64,000 nucleotides of DNA from Eledone cirrhosa. Taxonomy: Eukaryota. Both the position numbers and the translations under genes were made by a program. Shown here piece after piece: positions 12,872 to 27,226 of this stretch (positions are counted from its first letter, which is position 1; each line of letters opens with the position of its first letter). The notes beneath the pieces are model-generated. The model ran no database searches. It was not told where the DNA came from and worked only from the letters and a program-made list of their open reading frames with translations. Location: contig OZ024741.1 of the NCBI GenBank assembly GCA_964016885.1, forward strand, positions 262,570,001 through 262,634,000, read 5' to 3'.

Positions 12872-14046
12872 GTTTCGCTTTACGAGTGTTTCGACTTACG
12901 AGTGTTTCGACATACGAGTGTTAAGGTTTACGAGTGTTTTGATTTACGAGTGTTTTGACTTACGAGTGCTTCGACTTACGCGTGTTTCGACTTACGAGTG
13001 TTTCGACTTACGAGTGTTTCGACTTACGAGTGTTTCGGCTTACGAGTGTTTTGACTTACGAGTGTTTCGGCTGGCGAGTGTTTCGACTTACGAGTGTTTT
13101 GACTTAAGGGTGTTTCGACTTACGAGTGTTTCGACTTACGAGTGTTTCGACTTACGAGTGTTCTGACTTACGAGTGTTCCGACTTACGAGTGTCTCGGCT
13201 TACGAGTGTTTCGATACGAGTGTTTCGACTTACGAGTGTTTCGGCTTACGAGTGTTTCGACTTACGAGTGTTTCGACTTACGAGTGTTCTGATTTACGGA
13301 TGTTTCGACATACGAGTGTTTCGACTTACGAGTGTTTCGACATACGAGTGTTCCGACTTACGGGTGTTTCGACTTACGAGTGTTTTGGCCTACGGTGTTT
13401 CGACTTACGAGTGTTTCGGCTTACGAGTGTTTTGACTTAAGGGTGTTTCGACTTACGAGTGTTCTGATTTACGGATGTTTCGACGTACGAGTGTTTCGAC
13501 TTACGAGTGTTTCGACTTACGAGTGTTTCGGCTTACGACTGTTTCGACTTACGAGTGTTTCGACTTACGAGTGTTCTGATTTACGGATGTTTCGACATAC
13601 GAGTGTTTCGACTTACGAGTGTTTCGACTTACGAGTGTTTTGACTTACGTGTGTTTTGACATACGAGTGTTTCGATACGAGTGTTTCGAATTACGAGTGT
13701 TCGACTTACGATTGTTCTGACTTACGAGCGTTCTGACTTACGAGTGTTTCGGCTTACGAGTGTTTCGGCTTACGAGTGTTTCGACTTACGAGTGTTTCGA
13801 CTTACTAGTGTTCCGACTTACGGGTGTTTCGACTTACGAGTGTTTTGGCTTACGGTGTTTCGACTTACGAGTGTTTCGAGTTAAGAGTGTTTTGACTTAC
13901 GCGTGTTTTGACATACGAGTGTTCTGACTTACGAGTGTTCTGACTTACGAGTGTTCTGACTTACGAGTGTTTTGACTTACGAGTGTTCCGACTTTACGAG
14001 TGTTTCGGCTCACGAATGTTTCGGCTTACGAGTGTTTCGACTTACG

Positions 14047-14116
14047 AAAATAACAATTAGACGCGGTTTCAAATCTCTATGCTTTTCAAATTCATTACAT
14101 TAATCTTTATTTATAC
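14047..14116 (+). repeat. 70-bp element, copy 8 (type C)
   Basis: AACAATTAG allele. Confidence 0.95.
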
Positions 14117-15055
14117 GTTTCGCTTTACGAGTGTTTCGACTTACGAGTGTTTCGACATACGAGTGTTTCGGCTTACGAGTGTTTTGATTTACGAGTGTTT
14201 TGACTTACGGGTGCTTCGACTTACGCGTGTTTCGACTCACGAGTGTTTCGACTTACGAGTGTTTCGACTTACGAGTGTTTCGGCTGGCGAGTGTTTCGAC
14301 TTACGAGTGTTTTGACTTAAGGGTGTTTCGACTTACGAGTGTTTCGACTTACGAGTGTTTCGACTTACGAGTGTTTCGGCGTACGAGTGTTTTGACTTAC
14401 GAGTGTTTCGACTTACGAGTGTTTTGACTTACGAATGTTTTGACTTACGGGTGTTTCGGCTTACGAGTGTTTCGACTTACGAGTGTTTCGGCTTGCGAGT
14501 GTTTCGACTTACTAATGTTTTTACTTACGAGTGTTTCGGCGTACGAGTGTTTCGACTTACGAGTGTTTCGACTTACGGGTGTTTTGACTTACGGGTGTTT
14601 TGGCTTACGAGTGTTTCGACTTACGAGTGTTTCGACTTACGGGTGTTTCGATTACGAGTGTTTTGGCTTACGGTGTTTCGACTTACGAGTGTTCTGATTT
14701 ACGGATGTTTCGACTTACGAGCGTTCTGACTTACGAGTGTTTCGGCTTACGAGTGATTCGGCTTACGAGTGTTTCGACTTACGAGTGTTTCGACTTACGA
14801 GTGTTCCGACTTACGGGTGTTTCGACTTACGAGTGTTTTGGCTTACGGTGTTTCGACTTACGAGTGTTTCGAGTTAAGAGTGTTTTGACTTACGCGTGTT
14901 TTGACATACGAGTGTTCTGACTTACGAGTGTTCTGACTTACGAGTGTTCTGACTTACGAGTGTTCTGACTTACGAGTGTTCTGACTTACGAGTGTTCCGA
15001 CTTTACGAGTGTTTCGGCTCACGAGTGTTTCGGCTTACGAGTGTTTCGACTTACG

Positions 15056-15125
15056 AAAATAACAAATAGACGCGGTTTCAAATCTCTATGCTTTTCAAAT
15101 TCATTACATTAATCTTTATTTATAC
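15056..15125 (+). repeat. 70-bp element, copy 9 (type A)
   Basis: Consensus. Confidence 0.95.
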
Positions 15126-16507
15126 GTTTCGCTTTACGAGTGTTTCGACTTACGAGTGTTTCGACATACGAGTGTTTCGACTTACGAATGTTTTTGCTTA
15201 CGGGTGTTTCGACTTACGAATGTTTTTGCTTACGAGTGTTTCGGTTTACGAGTGTTCCGACTTACGAGTGTTCCGACTTACGAGTGTTTCGGCTTACGAG
15301 TGTTTCCGGCTTACGAGTGTTTCGACTTACTAATGTTTTTACTTACGAGTGTTTCGGCGTATGAGTGTTTTGACTTACGAGTGTTTCGACTTACGAGTGT
15401 TTTGACTTACGAATGTTTTGACTTACGGGTGTTTCGGCTTACGAGTGTTTCGACTTACGAGTGTTTCGGCTTGCGAGTGTTTCGACTTACTAATGTTTTT
15501 ACTTACGAGTGTTTCGGCGTACGAGTGTTTCGACTTACGAGTGTTTCGACTTAAGGGTGTTTCGACTTACGAGTGTTTCGACTTACGAGTGTTTCGACGT
15601 ACGAGTGTTTCGGATTACGAATGTTTTGACTTGAGGGTTTTCGTCTTACGAGTGTTTCGATACGAGTGTTTCGACTTACGAGTGTTTTGACTTACGATTG
15701 TTTTGACTTACGGGTATTTCGGCTTACGAGTGTTTCGACTTACGAGTGTTTCGACGTACGAGTGTTTTGACTTGCGGGTGTTTCGACTTACGAGTGTTTT
15801 GGTATACGTGTGTTTCGACTTACGAATGTTTCGGCTTACGAGTGTTTCGACTTACGAGTGTTTTGACTTACGGGTGTTTCGACTTACGAGTGTTTTGGTT
15901 TACGGGTGTTTTGACTTACGGGTGTTTCGGCTTACGAGTGTTTCGACTTACGAGTGTTTTGACTTAAGGGTGTTTCGACTTACGAGTGTTTCGACTTACG
16001 AGTGTTTCGACTTACGAGTGTTTCGGATTACGAGTGTTTTGACTTGAGGGTTTTCGACTTACGAGTGTTTCGATACGAGTGTTTCGACTTACGAGTGTTC
16101 TGACTTACGAGTGTTCTGACTTACGAGTGTTCTGACTTACAAGTGTTCTTACTTACGAGTGTTCCGACTTACGAGTGTTCCGACTTACGAGTGTTTCGGC
16201 TTACGAGTGTTTCGGCTTACGAGTGTTTCGACTTACGAGTGTTTCGACTTACGAGTGTTCCGACTTACGGGTGTTTCGACTTACGAGTGTTTTGGTTTAC
16301 GGTGTTTCGGCTTACGAGTGTTTCGAGTTACGAGTGTTTTGACTTACGCGTGTTTTGACATACGAGTGTTTCGATACGAGTGTTCTGACTTACGAGTGTT
16401 CTGACTTACGAGTGTTCTGACTTACGAGTGTTCTGACTTACGAGTGTTCCGACTTTACGAGTGTTTCGGCTCACGAGTGTTTCGGCTTACGAGTGTTTCG
16501 ACTTACG

Positions 16508-16577
16508 AAAATAACAAATAGACGCGGTTTCAAATCTCTATGCTTTTCAAATTCATTACATTAATCTTTATTTATAC
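16508..16577 (+). repeat. 70-bp element, copy 10 (type B)
   Basis: Consensus; GTGTTAAGGTTT downstream. Confidence 0.95.
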
Positions 16578-17737
16578 GTTTCGCTTTACGAGTGTTTCGA
16601 CTTACGAGTGTTTCGACATACGAGTGTTAAGGTTTACGAGTGTTTTGATTTACGAGTGTTTTGACTTACGAGTGCTTCGACTTACGCGTGTTTCGACTTA
16701 CGAGTGTTTCGACTTACGAGTGTTTCGACTTACGAGTGTTTCGGCTTACGAGTGTTTTGACTTACGAGTGTTTCGGCTGGCGAGTGTTTCGACTTACGAG
16801 TGTTTTGACTTAAGGGTGTTTCGACTTACGAGTGTTTCGACTTACGAGTGTTTCGACTTACGAGTGTTCTGACTTACGAGTGTTCCGACTTACGAGTGTC
16901 TCGGCTTACGAGTGTTTCGATACGAGTGTTTCGGCTTACGAGTGTTTCGACTTACGAGTGTTTCGACTTACGAGTGTTCTGATTTACGGATGTTTCGACA
17001 TACGAGTGTTTCGACTTACGAGTGTTTCGACATACGAGTGTTCCGACTTACGGGTGTTTCGACTTACGAGTGTTTTGGCCTACGGTGTTTCGACTTACGA
17101 GTGTTTCGGCTTACGAGTGTTTTGACTTAAGGGTGTTTCGACTTACGAGTGTTCTGATTTACGGATGTTTCGACGTACGAGTGTTTCGACTTACGAGTGT
17201 TTCGACTTACGAGTGTTTCGGCTTACGACTGTTTCGACTTACGAGTGTTTCGACTTACGAGTGTTCTGATTTACGGATGTTTCGACATACGAGTGTTTCG
17301 ACTTACGAGTGTTTCGACTTACGAGTGTTTTGACTTACGTGTGTTTTGACATACGAGTGTTTCGATACGAGTGTTTCGAATTACGAGTGTTCTGACTTAC
17401 GATTGTTCTGACTTACGAGCGTTCTGACTTACGAGTGTTTCGGCTTACGAGTGTTTCGGCTTACGAGTGTTTCGACTTACGAGTGTTTCGACTTACTAGT
17501 GTTCCGACTTACGGGTGTTTCGACTTACGAGTGTTTTGGCTTACGGTGTTTCGACTTACGAGTGTTTCGAGTTAAGAGTGTTTTGACTTACGCGTGTTTT
17601 GACATACGAGTGTTCTGACTTACGAGTGTTCTGACTTACGAGTGTTCTGACTTACGAGTGTTTTGACTTACGAGTGTTCCGACTTTACGAGTGTTTCGGC
17701 TCACGAATGTTTCGGCTTACGAGTGTTTCGACTTACG

Positions 17738-17807
17738 AAAATAACAATTAGACGCGGTTTCAAATCTCTATGCTTTTCAAATTCATTACATTAATCTTTA
17801 TTTATAC
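17738..17807 (+). repeat. 70-bp element, copy 11 (type C)
   Basis: AACAATTAG allele. Confidence 0.95.
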
Positions 17808-18667
17808 GTTTCGCTTTACGAGTGTTTCGACTTACGAGTGTTTCGACATACGAGTGTTTCGGCTTACGAGTGTTTTGATTTACGAGTGTTTTGACTTACG
17901 GGTGCTTCGACTTACGCGTGTTTCGACTCACGAGTGTTTCGACTTACGAGTGTTTCGACTTACGAGTGTTTCGGCTGGCGAGTGTTTCGACTTACGAGTG
18001 TTTTGACTTAAGGGTGTTTCGACTTACGAGTGTTTCGACTTACGAGTGTTTCGACTTACGAGTGTTTCGGCGTACGAGTGTTTTGACTTACGAGTGTTTC
18101 GACTTACGAGTGTTTTGACTTACGAATGTTTTGACTTACGGGTGTTTCGGCTTACGAGTGTTTCGACTTACGAGTGTTTCGGCTTGCGAGTGTTTCGACT
18201 TACTAATGTTTTTACTTACGAGTGTTTCGGCGTACGAGTGTTTCGACTTACGAGTGTTTCGACTTACGGGTGTTTTGACTTACGGGTGTTTTGGCTTACG
18301 AGTGTTTCGACTTACGAGTGTTTCGACTTACGGGTGTTTCGATTACGAGTGTTTTGGCTTACGAGTGTTTCGACTTACGAGTGTTTCGACTTACGAGTGT
18401 TTCGACTTACGAGTGTTCCGACTTACGGGTGTTTCGACTTACGAGTGTTTTGGCTTACGGTATTTCGACTTACGAGTGTTTCGAGTTAAGAGTGTTTTGA
18501 CTTACGCGTGTTTTGACATACGAGTGTTCTGACTTACGAGTGTTCTGACTTACGAGTGTTCTGACTTACGAGTGTTCTGACTTACGAGTGTTCTGACTTA
18601 CGAGTGTTCCGACTTTACGAGTGTTTCGGCTCACGAGTGTTTCGGCTTACGAGTGTTTCGACTTACG

Positions 18668-18737
18668 AAAATAACAAATAGACGCGGTTTCAAATCTCTA
18701 TGCTTTTCAAATTCATTACAATAATCTTTATTTATAC
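18668..18737 (+). repeat. 70-bp element, copy 12 (type D)
   Basis: ACAATAAT allele. Confidence 0.95.
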
Positions 18738-19292
18738 GTTTCGCTTTACGAGTGTTTCGACTTACGAGTGTTTCGACATACGAGTGTTTCGACTTACGAA
18801 TGTTTTTGCTTACGAGTGTTTCGGTTTACGAGTGTTCCGACTTACGAGTGTTCCGACTTACGAGTGTTTCGGCTTACGAGTGTTTCCGGCTTACGAGTGT
18901 TTCGACTTACGAGTGTTTTGACTTACGGTGTTTCGGCTTACGAGTGATTAGACTTACGAGTGTTTTGACTTACGGGTGTTTTGACTTACGGGTGTTGTGA
19001 ATTACGAGTGTTCCGATTTACGAGTGTTTTGACTTACGGTGTTTCGGCTTACAAGTGATTCGACTTACGAATGTTTTGACTTACGGGTGTTTCGGCTTGC
19101 GAGTGTTTCGAGTTACGAGTGTTTTGACTTACGCGTGTTTTGACATACGAGTGTTTCGATACGAGTGTTCTGACTTACGAGTGTTCTGACTTACGAGTGT
19201 TCTGACTTACGAGTGTTCTGACTTACGAGTGTTCCGACTTTACGAGTGTTTCGGCTCACGAGTGTTTCGGCTTACGAGTGTTTCGACTTACG

Positions 19293-19362
19293 AAAATAAC
19301 AAATAGACGCGGTTTCAAATCTCTATGCTTTTCAAATTCATTACATTAATCTTTATTTATAC
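19293..19362 (+). repeat. 70-bp element, copy 13 (type A)
   Basis: Consensus. Confidence 0.95.
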
Positions 19363-20565
19363 GTTTCGCTTTACGAGTGTTTCGACTTACGAGTGTTTCG
19401 ACATACGAGTGTTTCGACTTACGAATGTTTTTGCTTACGGGTGTTTCGACTTACGAATGTTTTTGCTTACGAGTGTTTCGGTTTACGAGTGTTCCGACTT
19501 ACGAGTGTTTCCGGCTTACGAGTGTTTCGACTTACTAATGTTTTTACTTACGAGTGTTTCGGCGTATGAGTGTTTTGACTTACGAGTGTTTCGACTTACG
19601 AGTGTTTTGACTTACGAATGTTTTGACTTACGGGTGTTTCGGCTTACGAGTGTTTCGACTTACGAGTGTTTCGGCTTGCGAGTGTTTCGACTTACTAATG
19701 TTTTTACTTACGAGTGTTTCGGCGTACGAGTGTTTCGACTTACGAGTGTTTCGACTTACGGGTGTTTTGACTTACGGGTGTTTCGGCTTACGAGTGTTTC
19801 GACTTACGAGTGTTTTGACTTAAGGGTGTTTCGACTTACGAGTGTTTCGACTTACGAGTGTTTCGACGTACGAGTGTTTCGGATTACGAATGTTTTGACT
19901 TGAGGGTTTTCGTCTTACGAGTGTTTCGATACGAGTGTTTCGACTTACGAGTGTTTTGACTTACGATTGTTTTGACTTACGGGTATTTCGGCTTACGAGT
20001 GTTTCGACTTACGAGTGTTTCGACGTACGAGTGTTTTGACTTGCGGGTGTTTCGACTTACGAGTGTTTTGGTTTACGTGTGTTTCGACTTACGAATGTTT
20101 CGGCTTACGAGTGTTTCGACTTACGAGTGTTCCGACCTACGAGTGTTTCGGCTACGGATGTTCCGACTTACGAGTATTTTGGTTTACGTGTGTTTCGACT
20201 TACGAATGTTTCGACTTACGAGTGTTTCGGCTTACGAGTGTTTCGTCTTATGAGTGTTTTGACTTAAGGGTGTTTCGACGAGTGTTTCGATACGAGTGTT
20301 TCGACTTACGGGTTTTCTGACTTACGAGTGTTCTGATTTACGGATGTTTCGAATTATGAGTGTTTCGACTACGAGTGTTTCGACTTACGAGTGTTTCGAC
20401 TACGAGTATTTCGACTTACGAGTGTTCTGACTTACGAGTGTTCTGACTTACGGGTGTTCTGACTTACGAGTGTTCTGACTTACGAGTGTTCTGACTTACG
20501 AGTGTTCCGACTTTACGAGTGTTTCGGCTCACGAGTGTTTCGGCTTACGAGTGTTTCGACTTACG

Positions 20566-20635
20566 AAAATAACAAATAGACGCGGTTTCAAATCTCTATG
20601 CTTTTCAAATTCATTACAATAATCTTTATTTATAC
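20566..20635 (+). repeat. 70-bp element, copy 14 (type D)
   Basis: ACAATAAT allele. Confidence 0.95.
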
Positions 20636-21190
20636 GTTTCGCTTTACGAGTGTTTCGACTTACGAGTGTTTCGACATACGAGTGTTTCGACTTACGAATG
20701 TTTTTGCTTACGAGTGTTTCGGTTTACGAGTGTTCCGACTTACGAGTGTTCCGACTTACGAGTGTTTCGGCTTACGAGTGTTTCCGGCTTACGAGTGTTT
20801 CGACTTACGAGTGTTTTGACTTACGGTGTTTCGGCTTACGAGTGATTAGACTTACGAGTGTTTTGACTTACGGGTGTTTTGACTTACGGGTGTTGTGAAT
20901 TACGAGTGTTCCGATTTACGAGTGTTTTGACTTACCTTGTTTCGGCTTACAAGTGATTCGACTTACGAATGTTTTGACTTACGGGTGTTTCGGCTTGCGA
21001 GTGTTTCGAGTTACGAGTGTTTTGACTTACGCGTGTTTTGACATACGAGTGTTTCGATACGAGTGTTCTGACTTACGAGTGTTCTGACTTACGAGTGTTC
21101 TGACTTACGAGTGTTCTGACTTACGAGTGTTCCGACTTTACGAGTGTTTCGGCTCACGAGTGTTTCGGCTTACGAGTGTTTCGACTTACG

Positions 21191-21260
21191 AAAATAACAA
21201 ATAGACGCGGTTTCAAATCTCTATGCTTTTCAAATTCATTACATTAATCTTTATTTATAC
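21191..21260 (+). repeat. 70-bp element, copy 15 (type A)
   Basis: Consensus. Confidence 0.95.
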
Positions 21261-24200
21261 GTTTCGCTTTACGAGTGTTTAGACTTACGAGTGTTTCGAC
21301 ATACGAGTGTTTCGACTTACGAATGTTTTTGCTTACGGGTGTTTCGACTTACGAATGTTTTTGCTTACGAGTGTTTCGGTTTACGAGTGTTCCGTCTTAC
21401 GAGTGTTCCGACTTACGAGTGTTTCGGCTTACGAGTGTTTCCGGCTTACGAGTGTTTCCACTTACTAATGTTTTTACTTACGAGTGTTTCGGGGTATGAG
21501 TGTTTTGACTTACGAGTGTTTCGACTTACGAGTGTTTTGACTTACGAATGTTTTGACTTACGGGTGTTTCGGCTTACGAGTGTTTCGACTTACGAGTGTT
21601 TCGGCTTGCGAGTGTTTCGACTTACTAATGTTTTTACTTACGAGTGTTTCGGCGTACGAGTGTTTCGACTTACGAGTGTTTCGACTTACGGGTGTTTTGA
21701 CTTACGGGTGTTTCGGCTTACGAGTGTTTCGACTTACGAGTGTTTTGACTTAAGGGTGTTTCGACTTACGAGTGTTTCGACTTACGAGTGTTTCGACGTA
21801 CGAGTGTTTCGGATTACGAATGTTTTGACTTGAGGGTTTTCGTCTTACGAGTGTTTCGATACGAGTGTTTCGACTTACGAGTGTTTTGACTTACGATTGT
21901 TTTGACTTACGGGTATTTCGGCTTACGAGTGTTTCGACTTACGAGTGTTTCGACGTACGAGTGTTTTGACTTGCGGGTGTTTCGACTTACGAGTGTTTTG
22001 GTTTACGTGTGTTTCGACTTACGAATGTTTCGGCTTACGAGTGTTTCGACTTACGAGTGTTCCGACCTACGAGTGTTTCGGCTACGGATGTTCCGACTTA
22101 CGAGTATTTTCGGCTTACGAGTGTTTTGACTTACGATTGTTTTGACGTACGATTGTTTCGGCTTACGAGTGTTTCGACTTACGAGTGTTTCGATTTACGA
22201 GTGTTTTGACTTAAGAATGTTTTGACTTACGGGTGTTTCGGCTTATGAGTGTTTCGACTTACGAGTGTTTTGACTTAGGGGTGTTTCGACTTACGAGTGT
22301 TTTGGTTTACGTGTGTTTCGACTTACGAATGTTTCGACTTACGAGTGTTTCGGCTTACGAGTGTTTCGTCTTATGAGTGTTTTGACTTAAGGGTGTTTCG
22401 ACGAGTGTTTCGATACGAGTGTTTCGACTTACGGGTTTTCTGACTTACGAGTGTTCTGATTTACGGATGTTTCGAATTATGAGTGTTTCGACTACGAGTG
22501 TTTCGACTTACGAGTGTTTCGACTACGAGTGTTTCGACTTACGAGTGTTCTGACTTACGAGTGTTCTGACTTACGGGTGTTCTGACTTACGAGTGTTCCG
22601 ACTTACGAGTGTTTCGGCTTATGAGTGTTTCGGCTTACGAGCGTTTCGACTACGAGTGTTTCGACTTACGAATGTTTTTGCTAACGAGTGTTTCGACTTA
22701 CGAATGTTTTTGCTTACGAGTGTTTCGAATTACAAGTGTTTCGAATTACGAGTGTTTTGACTTACGGTGTTTCGGCTTACGAGTGTTTCGACATACGAGT
22801 GTTTTGACTTACCGCTGTTTCGACTTACGGGTGTTTCGACTTACGAGAGTTTCGACTTACGAGTGTTCTGACTTACGAGTGTTCTGACTTACGAGTGTTC
22901 CAACTTGCGAGTGTTTCGGCTTACGAGTGTTTCGACATGCGAGTTTTTTTACTTACGAGTGTTTTGGTTTACGTGTGTTTCGACTTACGAGTGTTTCGAC
23001 TTACGAGTGTTTCGACGTACGAGTGTTTTGACTTGCGGGTGTTTCGACTTACGAGTGTTTTGGTTTACGTGTGTTTCGACTTACGAATGTTTCGGCTTAC
23101 GAGTGTTTCGACTTACGAGTGTTCCGACCTACGAGTGTTTCGGCTACGGATGTTCCGACTTACGAGTATTTTCGGCTTACGAGTGTTTTGACTTACGATT
23201 GTTTTGACTTACGGGTATTTCGGCTTACGAGTGTTTCGACTTACGAGTGTTTCGACTTACGAGTGTTTTGACTTACGGGTGTTTCGACTTACGAGTGTTT
23301 TGGTTTACGTGTGTTTCGACTTACGAATGTTTCGGCTTACGAGTGTTTCGACTTACGAGTGTTTTGACTTACGGGTGTTTCGACTTACGAGTGTTTGGGT
23401 TTACGTATGTTTCGACTTACGAATGTTTCGGCTTACGAGTGTTTCGACTTACGAGTGTTTAAACTTACGAGTGTTTTGACTTACGAGTGTTTCGACTTAC
23501 GAGTGTTTTGGCGTACGAGTGTTTCGACTTACGAGTGTTTCGACTTACGGGTGTTTTGACTTACGGGTGTTTCGGCTTACGAGTGTTTCGACTTACGAGT
23601 GTTTTGACTTAAGGGTGTTTCGACTTACGAGTGTTTCGACTTACGAGTGTTCCGACTTACGGGTGTTTTGACTTACGTGTGTTTTGACATACGAGTGTTT
23701 CGACTTACGAGTGTTTTGACTTACGTGTGTTTTGACATACGAGTGTTTCGATACGAGTGTTTCGACTTACGAGTGTTCTGACTTACGATTGTTCTGACTT
23801 ACGAGCGTTCTGACTTACGAGTGTTTCGGCTTACGAGTGTTTCGGCTTACGAGTGTTTCGACTTACGAGTGTTTCGACTTACGAGTGTTCCGACTTACGG
23901 GTGTTTCGATTTACGGGTGTTTTGGCTTACGGTGTTTCGACTTACGAGTGTTTCGAGTTAAGAGTGTTTTGACTTACGCGTGTTTTGACATACGAGTGTT
24001 CTGACTTACGAGTGTTCTGACTTTCGAGTGTTCTGACTTACGAGTGTTCTGATTTACGGATGTTTCGAATTATGAGTGTTTCGACTACGAGTGTTTCGAC
24101 TTACGAGTGTTTCAACTACGAGTGTTTCGACTTACGAGTGTTCTGACTTACGAGTGTTCTGACTTACGGGTGTTCTGACTTACGAGTGTTCCGACTTACG

Positions 24201-25588
24201 AGTGTTTCGGCTTATGAGTGTTTCGGCTTACGAGCGTTTCGACTACGAGTGTTTCGACTTACGAATGTTTTTGTTAACGAGTGTTTCGACTTACGAATGT
24301 TTTTGCTTACGAGTGTTTCGGCTTACGAGTGTTTCGACTTACAAGTGTTTCGAATTACGAGTGTTTTGACTTACGGTGTTTCGGCTTACGAGTGTTTCGA
24401 CATACGAGTGTTTTGACTTACCGCTGTTTCGACTTACGGGTGTTTCGACTTACGAGAGTTTCGACTTACGAGTGTTCCTACTTGCGAGTGTTTCGGCTTA
24501 CGAGTGTTTCGACATGCGAGTTTTTTTACTTACGAGTGTTTTGGTTTACGTGTGTTTCGACTTACGAGTGTTTCGACTTACGAGTGTTTCGACGTACGAG
24601 TGTTTTAACTTGCGGGTGTTTCGACTTACGAGAGTTTTGGTTTACGTGTGTTTCGACTTACGAATGTTTCGGCTTACGAGTGTTTCGACTTACGAGTGTT
24701 CCGACCTACGAGTGTTTCGGCTTACGAGTGTTTCGACATGCGAGTTTTTTTACTTACGATTGTTTTGACTTACGGGTATTTCGGCTTACTAGTGTTTCGA
24801 TTTACGAGTGTTTCGACTTACGAGTGTTTTGGTTTACATGTGTTTCGACTTACGAATGTTTCGGCTTACGAGTGTTTCGACTTACGAGTGTTTTGACTTA
24901 CGGGTGTTTCGACTTACGAGTGTTTTGGTTTACGTGTGTTTCGACTTACGAATGTTTCGGCTTACGAGTGTTTCGACTTACGAGTGTTTAAACTTACGAG
25001 TGTTTTGACTTACGGGTGTTTCGACTTACGAGTGTTTTGGCGTACGAGTGTTTCGACTTAAGGGTGTTTCGACTTACGAGTGTTTCGACTTACGAGTGTT
25101 CCGACTTACGGGTGTTTTGACTTACGTGTGTTTTGACATACGAGTGTTTCGACTTACGAGTGTTTTGAATTACGTGTGTTTTGACATACGAGTGTTTCGA
25201 TACGAGTGTTTCGACTTACGAGTGTTCTGACTTACGATTGTTCTGACTTACGAGCGTTCTGACTTACGAGTGTTTCGGCTTACGAGTGTTTCGGCTTACG
25301 AGTGTTTCGACTTACGAGTGTTTCGACTTACGAGTGTTCCGACTTACGGGTGTTTCGACTTACGAGTGTTTTGGCTTACGGTGTTTCGACTTACGAGTGT
25401 ATCGAGTTAAGAGTGTTTTGACTTACGCGTGTTTTGACATACGAGTGTTCTGACTTACGAGTGTTCTGACTTACGAGTGTTCTGACTTACGAGTGTTCTC
25501 ACTTACGAGTGTTCTGACTTACGAGTGTTCCGACTTTACGAGTGTTTCGGCTCACGAGTGTTTCGGCTTACGAGTGTTTCGACTTACG

Positions 25589-25658
25589 AAAATAACAATT
25601 AGACGCGGTTTCAAATCTCTATGCTTTTCAAATTCATTACATTAATCTTTATTTATAC
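25589..25658 (+). repeat. 70-bp element, copy 16 (type C)
   Basis: AACAATTAG allele. Confidence 0.95.
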
Positions 25659-26563
25659 GTTTCGCTTTACGAGTGTTTCGACTTACGAGTGTTTCGACAT
25701 ACGAGTGTTTCGGCTTACGAGTGTTTTGATTTACTAGTGTTTTGACTTACGGGTGCTTCGACTTACGCGTGTTTCGACTTACGAGTGTTTCGACTTACGA
25801 GTGTTTCGACTTACGAGTGTTTCGGCTGGCGAGTGTTTCGACTTACGAGTGTTTTGACTTAAGGGTGTTTCGACTTACGAGTGTTTCGACTTACGAGTGT
25901 TTCGACTTACGAGTGTTTCGGCGTACGAGTGTTTTGACTTACGAGTGTTTCGACTTACGAGTGTTTCGACTTACGGGTGTTTTGACTTACGGGCGTTTTG
26001 GCTTACGAGTGTTTCGACTTACGAGTGTTTCGACTTACGGGTGTTTCGATTACGAGTGTTTTGGCTTACGGTGTTTCGACTTACGAGTGTTTCGGCTTAC
26101 GAGTATTTCGACTTAAGGGTGTTTCGACTTACGAGTGTTTCGATACGAGTGTTTCGACTTACGAGTGTTTCGGCTTACGAGTGTTTCGACTTACGAGTGT
26201 TTCGACTTACGAGTGTTCTGATTTACGGATGTTTCGACTTACGAGCGTTCTGACTTACGAGTGTTTCGGCTTACGAGTGTTTCGGCTTACGAGTGTTTCG
26301 ACTGACGAGTGTTTCGACTTACGAGTGTTCCGACTTACGGGTGTTTCGACTTACGAGTGTTTTGGCTTACGGTGTTTCGACTTACGAGTGTTTCGAGTTA
26401 AGAATGTTTTGACTTACGCGTGTTTTGACATACGAGTGTTCTGACTTACGAGTGTTCTGACTTACGAGTGTTCTGACTTACGAGTGTTCTGACTTACGAG
26501 TGTTCCGACTTTACGAGTGTTTCGGCTCACGAGTGTTTCGGCTTACGAGTGTTTCGACTTACG

Positions 26564-26633
26564 AAAATAACAAATAGACGCGGTTTCAAATCTCTATGCT
26601 TTTCAAATTCATTACATTAATCTTTATTTATAC
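26564..26633 (+). repeat. 70-bp element, copy 17 (type D flank)
   Basis: Consensus; D markers downstream. Confidence 0.95.
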
Positions 26634-27156
26634 GTTTCGCTTTACGAGTGTTTCGACTTACGAGTGTTTCGACATACGAGTGTTTCGACTTACGAATGTT
26701 TTTGCTTACGAGTGTTTCGGTTTACGAGTGTTCCGACTTACGAGTGTTTCGACTTACGAGTGTTTCGGCTTACGAGTGTTTCCGGCTTACGAGTGTTTCG
26801 ACTTACGAGTGTTTTGACTTACGGTGTTTCGGCTTACGAGTGATTAGACTTACGAGTGTTTTGACTTACGGGTGTTTTGACTTACGGGTGTTGTGAATTA
26901 CGAGTGTTCCGATTTACGAGTGTTTTGACTTACGGTGTTTCGGCTTACAAGTGATTCGACTTACGAATGTTTTGACTTACGGGTGTTTCGGCTTGCGAGT
27001 GTTTCGAGTTACGAGTGTTTTGACTTACGCGTGTTTTGACATACGAGTGTTTCGATACGAGTGTTCTGACTTACGAGTGTTCTGACTTACGAGTGTTCCG
27101 ACTTTACGAGTGTTTCGGCTCACGAGTGTTTCGGCTTACGAGTGTTTCGACTTACG

Positions 27157-27226
27157 AAAATAACAAATAGACGCGGTTTCAAATCTCTATGCTTTTCAAA
27201 TTCATTACATTAATCTTTATTTATAC
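27157..27226 (+). repeat. 70-bp element, copy 18 (type A)
   Basis: Consensus. Confidence 0.95.

Larger units (their letters stand above)
7049..19292. repeat. Higher-order repeat ABCD / ABC / ABCD (4237, 3770 and 4237 bp)
   Basis: Order and spacing of element copies 2-13 with their diagnostic flanks; identical ORF translations recur at matching offsets. Confidence 0.85.
18550..22100. repeat. Tandem duplication of the D-A segment, period about 1898 bp
   Basis: 18668->20566 and 19293->21191 are both +1898; the ACAATAAT allele is shared. Confidence 0.75.

Noticed and set aside
7049-19292. Equal 4237-bp length of HOR1 and HOR3 as evidence of length selection
   Set aside because: It results from +79 bp in B and -79 bp in C. 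With indels quantised near 16 bp and only one example, coincidence is sufficient.
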